A DNA stretch of 64,000 nt from a virus. Position numbers and translations under genes: made by a program. The notes under the pieces were generated by a model. The model was not told where the DNA came from, searched no databases, and saw only the letters and a program-made list of their open reading frames with translations. The stretch spans positions 41,447 through 105,446 of the IMG/VR virus record IMGVR_UViG_3300045988_033140, one strand, 5' to 3'. The number at the start of each line of letters is the position of its first letter. Position 1 is the stretch's first letter. This document shows positions 57,743 through 64,000 of this stretch, in pieces.

Positions 57743-58532
57743 TTAGGATTTCTCCTTTCAATGCACTTTTTACGATATTGTACTGTACGTCATCTAGCAG
57801 TTCATCAACTGCGGTATCAAAAGTTTTACCAACCTTTTCGCAGAAAGCGTCTGCAGTTTTAATTACATCAGCAATCGCTGCATCTGCGGAAGTGCGAGCC
57901 TGTTCAAGGTTAAAGTATCCCTGCTTAACAGCTACGAGAAACTCTGGATGCTTAGGATGCAAGCACGCTTCATAAGATTCACCACTAATGTATCTATGGA
58001 TGTACTCCTGAACTCGCAGGAGATGATGAAGCTGTTTTGGGTCGTATCCATATTCAGCCAATACTTCCAACTTACTAGGATACTCGTGTTCCATGGCATG
58101 ATACTTCTCCATAGCAATACCCTTCATAGTTTTAACTGCGCTATATGGAGAATAATGGGCAATCTGTTCGCGCGCCATAGTCAGGCGGCCCCATTCACTT
58201 TCAAAGAGAGGGTTTAAACAAGCATAAGGGGTAAACAGAATTTCAATGAAGTTAAGGTTTTGCTTGCGAAAGGTGGCGAGCATTAAGCGAATATCCTTTA
58301 AGTCAGTATGCTCGTTATTTGCTCTTACATGAGTGGTGCTAATAGGTTTCTTGTTGAGAACTATTTCATCAAAAGTGGGAGTAACAATCAGCTTTGTATC
58401 AACATCACTCTTAGGAGTTTCAAGACCATAGTTCTGAGAACCTTGCAGGAAAATACCGACGATTCTGGATTCGTCGAATCTCTGCAAACTTTCATCGAGA
58501 TGGTCATAGACTCTACTCATAACATCAGTCAT
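57735..58532 (-). CDS. Polymerase-beta-superfamily nucleotidyltransferase (minimal NTase fold), substrate unknown
   Basis: GS..DxD signature FLQGSQNYGLETPKSDVDTKLIV followed by a helical domain. ATG 9 nt after GGAGG. Confidence 0.5.
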   Translation of the reverse strand: MTDVMSRVYDHLDESLQRFDESRIVGIFLQGSQNYGLETPKSDVDTKLIVTPTFDEIVLNKKPISTTHVRANNEHTDLKDIRLMLATFRKQNLNFIEILFTPYACLNPLFESEWGRLTMAREQIAHYSPYSAVKTMKGIAMEKYHAMEHEYPSKLEVLAEYGYDPKQLHHLLRVQEYIHRYISGESYEACLHPKHPEFLVAVKQGYFNLEQARTSADAAIADVIKTADAFCEKVGKTFDTAVDELLDDVQYNIVKSALKGEILSD

Positions 58533-58827
58533 CACCAATAGCCTCCATTTCTTTAATATATCTTTCGGGAATAGGGTGTACGGTAATTAGTGTATCTTTG
58601 CCACGCCAGATATAAATGTTACCTCGATACACTCTAATAGAGCAGGTATTAGTCTGATCTCTCTTGTTCTGAAGATACGAGAAGAACTTAGGGAACTTCT
58701 GGAACTGATTGATAGTCGCACCAGATCGCTTAGCTTGTTTAGCCAACTTCTTAGCTTCTGCGAAACTCTCACATCCCTCAGTTCTCTGAACAATGCGCTC
58801 TTTGCTATGACGAGTAATTTTTCCCAT
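58525..58827 (-). CDS. Hypothetical protein (100 aa)
   Basis: Intact ORF. Confidence 0.4.
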   Translation of the reverse strand: MGKITRHSKERIVQRTEGCESFAEAKKLAKQAKRSGATINQFQKFPKFFSYLQNKRDQTNTCSIRVYRGNIYIWRGKDTLITVHPIPERYIKEMEAIGDD

Positions 58828-58829
58828 TA

Positions 58830-59075
58830 TTACAACACTTCCTCTCTTTCTGTCGCCTCTAGATAGGTTCGAATAACATCAGCCTTACTCTCAAGGCTAT
58901 TTGCTTCCTCGATTAAATTCTGCGCTTTCCAGTATAGCTGAGTAGCGAATTTGTCTAGCTCTTCTCTTGATTTGTCAAAAAGACCAGGATATTCTGCTTC
59001 GAGATCTTCTAAATCTTCTTCCTCATACCACTTTAGATTGAGTTCTGAAAACTTACCCATTAAATCTTCCTCCAA
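58830..59075 (-). CDS. Hypothetical acidic protein (81 aa)
   Basis: Intact ORF. Confidence 0.4.
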   Translation of the reverse strand: MEEDLMGKFSELNLKWYEEEDLEDLEAEYPGLFDKSREELDKFATQLYWKAQNLIEEANSLESKADVIRTYLEATEREEVL

Positions 59076-59242
59076 GTAAAAGGATTATAATAAACTATTT
59101 CGTTGCAAGCAGGACAAACTGTCAAAAGTCGACCGGTGCCAAGCCCACGGGTAACTTCATTAAACCTACAATGAAAAACGCACTTGCATTTTTTGCATTT
59201 AACTCGATAGCCAATATGTCTCTGCTTTCCAATAATAATCAT
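59060..59242 (-). CDS. Small zinc-ribbon protein (60 aa)
   Basis: CKKCKC..CPAC pairs. Confidence 0.4.
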   Translation of the reverse strand: MIIIGKQRHIGYRVKCKKCKCVFHCRFNEVTRGLGTGRLLTVCPACNEIVYYNPFTWRKI

Positions 59243-59547
59243 TATCTAATCTCCCTCCATCCATTCTTCTCAATGATTGCTCTCATATTTTGAACGCCGA
59301 CAGGATTCATGCTATGAATATGAACAGGATAATTGCGACCAGTTTTTTCCAACCAATTGAGCAAGTTAATGTAATCGCCACCATTTTTAGCATATTCACC
59401 AGCATCGTGGTCAATATCAATAAGTTCAAAAGGGTCTTCCATGAATTCAGCCTTTGTAATAAGAAGCATGGCTTCATGTGTACTTCTGGCCCAAGCCCAT
59501 TCAGCACCAAATGGAGCAATGCGTACATCATCAATCCACAGTTTCAT
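59242..59547 (-). CDS. Hypothetical protein (101 aa)
   Basis: Intact ORF. Confidence 0.4.
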   Translation of the reverse strand: MKLWIDDVRIAPFGAEWAWARSTHEAMLLITKAEFMEDPFELIDIDHDAGEYAKNGGDYINLLNWLEKTGRNYPVHIHSMNPVGVQNMRAIIEKNGWREIR

Positions 59548-59562
59548 TATATACCTTCTTTC

Positions 59563-60141
59563 TTAATTAAATAATTCTGGAGCAACTCGTGGGCTATAGT
59601 TACGAGTTTCAATCAGGTGATTATGATTGTTATGTGCGTTAAGAATATCCTTTCCCTTGGCATTGCCAATAGCAATCATATAACCGAGATGATCTTTAGC
59701 TTCTCTTCTCTTAATTCGACAAGTTTTAAGCATACGGCCTAGTTTGACGAAAATGATGTTTCCAGGAGAGGTAAACTCAAACTTGTGGAGCAAATCTTCT
59801 TGCAATTTATCTTGCTCAGACTGTACAGTTGCATAATATTTCGTGATAGCCGGAATCTTTTCAGCAGCTTTGCCAAAGATTTCTACAGCCTGCCGCAGTT
59901 CCTCATAAGCAGCCTCTGCTTCTTCTTTTGTTAAAGTAGGAATGGGGTCTTCGCTGGCTCCCTTACCATCAAGAGTAAGATACTGCAATTCCTGCAGTTT
60001 ATCTTTTAAACTATTCTTTGCATACTTCTGAGCTGCCTCTAAGGTATTGAACCTACCAGCCGCATAAATATTATCAGTCCAATGATTTTCCTTGGCATAA
60101 GCATAATATTTATTTTCTTTAATCCACAGAATAACAAACAT
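59563..60141 (-). CDS. Hypothetical protein (192 aa)
   Basis: Intact ORF. Confidence 0.4.
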   Translation of the reverse strand: MFVILWIKENKYYAYAKENHWTDNIYAAGRFNTLEAAQKYAKNSLKDKLQELQYLTLDGKGASEDPIPTLTKEEAEAAYEELRQAVEIFGKAAEKIPAITKYYATVQSEQDKLQEDLLHKFEFTSPGNIIFVKLGRMLKTCRIKRREAKDHLGYMIAIGNAKGKDILNAHNNHNHLIETRNYSPRVAPELFN

Positions 60142-60176
60142 TTATCGCAAACCCTCTTTCTTAACTTTCTATATAT

Positions 60177-60205
60177 ATTATATTATAATTTTTCAAAAAA
60201 ATAAA
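60177..60205 (-). promoter_or_regulatory. Sigma70-like promoter (TTTATT-17-TATAAT) fused to the terminator hairpin at 60204..60231
   Basis: Seen on the minus strand. Confidence 0.4.
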
Positions 60206-60235
60206 GGGGAGCTATATAGATAGCTCCCCTTATTC

Positions 60236-60442
60236 TTATACCGAGGGTACAGCTTTCGTAGAATCGCTGTTCACATCAGCGTTAGTGGCTGTAGTAACAG
60301 ACCAGTTATCTCTCGGATACGCTCCTGTAGTACATGGATTACAAGTAATCTTGTCACGCCAAAAATCTTCACAGGAACATTGTGACACCCAAGGCGCATT
60401 TACTTTATGACACCGAGGGCAAAGCCAACCTTCCATCATCAT
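60236..60442 (-). CDS. Small Cys-rich protein (68 aa)
   Basis: CPRC..CSC..CNPC. Confidence 0.4.
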   Translation of the reverse strand: MMMEGWLCPRCHKVNAPWVSQCSCEDFWRDKITCNPCTTGAYPRDNWSVTTATNADVNSDSTKAVPSV

Positions 60443-60454
60443 TGGTTTACCTCC

Positions 60455-61414
60455 TTAAAAATCCCAGCTATTACCATTGATAATAGCTTTCGCATACTTG
60501 TTATTTGCCATATCCTTAGCTTCAGACAGCTCGTTCTTAAGAATAGACAAAGTATCTTCGTCCATGCCCTTAAGTAGTGAGATAGACAGAACCTCGGACA
60601 GATTGTTGATTACCGTTTCGAGTTTTGCAATTCTATCAATAGTACGATAAGAAAACAAGCACTCAATGCCAGCCTTATCGGTAATCTCTCTGAAACGATG
60701 GCAGAAAGATACTAGACTCTTGTTGTTATCTGCCATAGCCATCTCAATCTTTTCAGAGTAGTCGATGTTCACCATAGCAAAACGATCAAGACTTGCTCTA
60801 TCCAAGCAATAGCGACCAGTGTAGTTATTATCTGCACCAGTACCAACCGTATTACCAGCAGCGATGACTCTAAAGTTAGGGTTTGCACTAACTTTGCCGT
60901 TGGGGAAGTCGAAGTATCTATTCGCGATGGCCGCGTTCAAAATAATCAGGGTCTCAGGGATAGACGCGTCCATCTCGTCCAAGAAGAACAGACCACCCTT
61001 CGTAAAAGCTTTATAAAACTGGGTTTCCTGATAATTGCCGTTGGCATCAATGAAGCCAGTTAGCTTGTACTCCTGCGTAACGGCATTGGTGAAATAAAAA
61101 TCCAGACCCAGAGATTCCGCGACCTGCTGACAAATGACATTCTTGCCAGTGCCCGCTTTGCCGGTCAGATAAACGGGGATATCCAGATTGACGATATTGA
61201 GTACTTCGTCAAACTTCTCATGCGTAGTGCCGCAAATCTTATGTGTCGCAGTCGGCATCCGCACTTCATGGATCTCCGGCAGGAAACCATAAGTCTCGTG
61301 AATTTTCTCATCAATCTGAGGATACACTTTCGCCAGGATTTCCTCCACATTCACGTCGACGACCGCATCAGTCACCGCCTTCATCATCGCTTCGAGCATC
61401 TTATCTCTATTCAT
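60455..61414 (-). CDS. MoxR-like AAA+ ATPase (AAA_5 / CbbQ-type)
   Basis: Walker A GKAGTGKN, Walker B FFLDEMD and sensor region. Start set at the ATG 9 nt after GGAGG. Confidence 0.7.
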   Translation of the reverse strand: MNRDKMLEAMMKAVTDAVVDVNVEEILAKVYPQIDEKIHETYGFLPEIHEVRMPTATHKICGTTHEKFDEVLNIVNLDIPVYLTGKAGTGKNVICQQVAESLGLDFYFTNAVTQEYKLTGFIDANGNYQETQFYKAFTKGGLFFLDEMDASIPETLIILNAAIANRYFDFPNGKVSANPNFRVIAAGNTVGTGADNNYTGRYCLDRASLDRFAMVNIDYSEKIEMAMADNNKSLVSFCHRFREITDKAGIECLFSYRTIDRIAKLETVINNLSEVLSISLLKGMDEDTLSILKNELSEAKDMANNKYAKAIINGNSWDF

Positions 61415-61415
61415 A

Positions 61416-62303
61416 TCAGCAGACCTCCATATATTTAAGAATTTCTTCAATATCATTTTCATGTTCAGTAATCCACGCACGGTTAATCACATAGGTATTT
61501 TTATCCTTGATAAGAGTCTTCAAAACTTCAAGCTCAGGCGGACGGCCATAATCATGAGAAAAATTTTCTACCATACCAGGACAAGTTTCAAGGTACTTAA
61601 AGCCAATTCGTCTAAACATTGCAGGGTGAATCATCGGGAAGCAGATTTTCTGCAAATTAAAGCGTTCGCCATAGCCTTTAATCTTCACAGTCGGGAAAAT
61701 AATCTGCTTAGTTCCTTTCGTAGGCATAAAACCAACCGACAATTCAGTTTGCACACCGGATAACTCAATGAGATTGATGGCGGATACAAGCGCCGAGCCC
61801 GCAGATGCCAGAACATCACTTTCTACGCCACAGCTACCGCCCGTAGCATAGATAATAGAGATAGTCTTTCTCTTCTTATGGAGTTTTTCCAGTGTAATCA
61901 TAGATTCCGGCAGTCCTTTAAGAGCATTGGGTACATTTGGAACAAATCCTACCACTCTATTTTGGACTATGGGCTTAGGAATTGAATTGTAGATTTTACT
62001 TGTCAGTTTCTTATTTTTAGCTAAGCTGCTCTTGATATTTTTAACCGGATCTTCATAGCCATGAATCAAGAGAGATTGAGCTTCTTCATAAGAAGAAGTG
62101 CCACTCCACTCTTCATTTCCACGTTCTTGAGACGAATCTTCGTTACGCATGAAGCTATTGTTTTCACGATTATTGATAGTATTCAGTAAACTGTAAATAC
62201 TACCAAAGTCTTCTCGATATAGAGAATAATCAGAAGCAGATTGTACTGGTGGTTCAAATGAAGATGTAAACAAACTTGGGAATGGCATTTCAAATGGATT
62301 CAT
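61416..62303 (-). CDS. Hypothetical protein (295 aa) encoded between the MoxR-like ATPase and the TROVE/vWA protein
   Basis: Intact ORF. No confident domain. Position suggests a partner of the AAA/vWA pair. Confidence 0.4.
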   Translation of the reverse strand: MNPFEMPFPSLFTSSFEPPVQSASDYSLYREDFGSIYSLLNTINNRENNSFMRNEDSSQERGNEEWSGTSSYEEAQSLLIHGYEDPVKNIKSSLAKNKKLTSKIYNSIPKPIVQNRVVGFVPNVPNALKGLPESMITLEKLHKKRKTISIIYATGGSCGVESDVLASAGSALVSAINLIELSGVQTELSVGFMPTKGTKQIIFPTVKIKGYGERFNLQKICFPMIHPAMFRRIGFKYLETCPGMVENFSHDYGRPPELEVLKTLIKDKNTYVINRAWITEHENDIEEILKYMEVC

Positions 62304-62336
62304 CTATGTAACTTCCTTTCCTTACCTTATATATTT

Positions 62337-62365
62337 ATTATATCATATATTAAATTATTTTTCAA
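62337..62365 (-). promoter_or_regulatory. Sigma70-like promoter (TTGAAA-17-TATAAT) followed by the terminator hairpin at 62368..62406
   Basis: The -10 is at 62337-42 and the -35 at 62360-65, minus strand. Confidence 0.5.
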
Positions 62366-62422
62366 TAAATAGAAAAGACGGGGAAATAGCAATTTTCTGG
62401 CCATTTCCCCGTTTGAAAGGGT

Positions 62423-63913
62423 TTAGTGGATCTGAGCGTAACGCTCGCTATCCAGCTTCTCAAGAATCAGATCGAGTTCGTCCTTGCCGCTGAGAATCTG
62501 CTGAATCATAACAGGGCTAAAGCCACTTACATAGCTAAAGCCGTCACCGATTGCGGGAATGTTGTTATTGCGGGCGTTCAAGTTCCAGAAGATGCAGCTA
62601 GGCATCTTGTAACCATAGCGTGCCCACTTAGCCTTCATACTCTCAAAGAGAGTCTGGATGGCATCGCTGTGCATGCCATATCCCCAGCTACCCCGATCAG
62701 TAGAGTTACTGATAACACACTTGTCAAACTCCATATCAGAGAAGATATAGATGCGAGTAGGCATATCCTCAGGCTTTACACTTTGCTTCATTGCGGTGCT
62801 GAGCAGCATATCGAAGACAGCTTCGATATTAGTGTTCATACCCCAATCTGCACCAATGCAACGGCACAACTTATCGGTAATGTCTGCCCCCTCGAACTTC
62901 ACCAACTCAGGATTACCAGAGAAGGTAATGAAGTGGTTGGCAAAAGGACCGTGCGCCTTATCTGCGATGTACGCACCCATAGAAACCGCAGCCTCCATAG
63001 GAACACCGGTCATAGAGCCAGAAACATCGACAACAGCAATGCCATTCTCGATATTATCACCGTAGTAGTTAGGAAGGTTCTCCCAATACTTCTGAAGCAT
63101 CAGACGATCAGGATCGCCCAATCCCTTACGATTGGCTTCAAAGGCACGATGTGCAATGTCATGAGGATAGAGAGCACTGGCGTTAACCTTAGTCTCAGTG
63201 TCCTTAGCAAAAGCCTCGTACTTAGCCTTAATCATATCGCGGCGAGCAAACGCATTGCGATAAATTACGCCGGCGCGAGAAGGAATCTTATCGAACTCAA
63301 TCTCGTCCCAACGATTCTCAGACATGAGGCGCTCGACAATGCGAATGCGCTCACGCAGAGTAGAGAGAGTCTTACGGTACTGCTTAGCAGTCATGCCGAA
63401 ATGATTGCGGGTAATCACCGCCAAATGGCGAGATTCCTTAGAGCTGGTATTCTCAGACTTCAGCCACTTAGCAAGCAGAGAAGGAGTCTTGCAAGAAACA
63501 TCCAAAGCCAGCTGATGGCGCATCAAATTGAAAGCGTCCTTCTCCAGAGGAGTGCCAACGAAGATATACAGGTCATCCCAGCGACCGTACTCAGGCACAA
63601 ACTGGAGATTACGACGCATAGCCTCAGTTTCGTAAGAAGCGAGCCAATTGGTTACGACGCGGAAGAAACGACGCTCGCCCTGGCCGCCGCGCACATCACG
63701 CAAATAGAACAGGCACTTCAAAGCATGAGCTTCATCCTCGTCAAAAGCAGCCTTGAACAAAGTGATGCAATCTGCGTCAGAGCGAGTGCGATATGCTCCA
63801 CCAAGCGCGAACAAATCCATAAGACCATTCAAAGTAGACTTATGGGTAATGGCACCATTCTCAGTCAAGGTAAAGTTGGTATCTTGCTTCATAGCGTTCA
63901 TAAAAGTATTCAT
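62423..63913 (-). CDS. TROVE-like + vWA (MIDAS) protein, Ro60/Rsr-like (DUF2828-type); GC-richer than average
   Basis: Intact 496-aa ORF. N-terminal block LFALGGAYRTRSDADCI..LFYLRDVRGGQGERRFF. C-terminal vWA MIDAS VVDVSGSMTG. Confidence 0.5.
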   Translation of the reverse strand: MNTFMNAMKQDTNFTLTENGAITHKSTLNGLMDLFALGGAYRTRSDADCITLFKAAFDEDEAHALKCLFYLRDVRGGQGERRFFRVVTNWLASYETEAMRRNLQFVPEYGRWDDLYIFVGTPLEKDAFNLMRHQLALDVSCKTPSLLAKWLKSENTSSKESRHLAVITRNHFGMTAKQYRKTLSTLRERIRIVERLMSENRWDEIEFDKIPSRAGVIYRNAFARRDMIKAKYEAFAKDTETKVNASALYPHDIAHRAFEANRKGLGDPDRLMLQKYWENLPNYYGDNIENGIAVVDVSGSMTGVPMEAAVSMGAYIADKAHGPFANHFITFSGNPELVKFEGADITDKLCRCIGADWGMNTNIEAVFDMLLSTAMKQSVKPEDMPTRIYIFSDMEFDKCVISNSTDRGSWGYGMHSDAIQTLFESMKAKWARYGYKMPSCIFWNLNARNNNIPAIGDGFSYVSGFSPVMIQQILSGKDELDLILEKLDSERYAQIH

Positions 63914-64000
63914 CGTATCAATCTCCTTTTGATTTTTAGTTACTCACTTGGACAAGGGAGATTAGATTCTAGACCTTATCTTTTCGGTTCCGTTGGGTTT

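Noticed and set aside
57735-58532. Calling the pol-beta NTase a CCA-adding enzyme or tRNA 3'-end repair enzyme
   Set aside because: It lacks the GGxVRD-type head-domain motifs and the size of class I/II CCA enzymes. Kept as a generic minimal NTase.
63914-64000. Possible tRNA or Y-RNA gene start at the window edge (ggttccgttgggttt)
   Set aside because: No recognisable acceptor or T-arm (GGTTCGAATCC-type) or cloverleaf could be built from the 87 nt available. No tRNA-like structures were found in other intergenic regions either, so no RNA gene is reported.

Overview
Low-GC (~36%) 64-kb segment of a large bacteriophage genome, most likely infecting a Gram-positive, S-layer-bearing Firmicute. 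Host inference rests on strong GGAGG Shine-Dalgarno sites, an SLH-domain endolysin, a BclA/C1q-like domain and a Holin_LLH protein. The main observation: the amber codon TAG is read as a sense codon, most consistent with glutamine (genetic code 15-like). In-frame TAGs sit exactly at conserved Gln positions and join adjacent ORF-track fragments into full-length homologs. Examples are a serine recombinase (LDRQ), GIY-YIG nucleases (YIGQS), RuvC, endolysin, RecJ-like exonuclease and NrdD. TAG use is highly skewed: it is absent from the largest replication genes and dense in late, lysis, homing-endonuclease and small genes. No tRNA, rRNA or CRISPR array was found in the window, so a suppressor tRNA(CUA) must lie elsewhere. 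Layout: 1-7.7 kb holds tail-fiber-like, recombinase, holin and other genes, mostly on the plus strand. From 7.7 kb to the end, genes are almost all leftward. They include a replication and nucleotide-metabolism module (dUTPase, NrdDG, PolIII-alpha, RecD-like, RecJ-like, primase, DnaB, ThyA, DHFR, ligase, type II topoisomerase, RNase H), a lysis cassette, and PhoH and SPFH genes. Further right are an RNA/tRNA end-healing toolkit (kinase, phosphoesterase, Rnl, Thg1-like, NTase), an NAD+ salvage cluster (NadE, NadV, Prs, PncA-like), and a MoxR-AAA/unknown/TROVE-vWA (Ro60-like) trio. A recurring unit, terminator hairpin then a sigma70-like promoter (TTGATT-17-TATAAT), punctuates the leftward operons.
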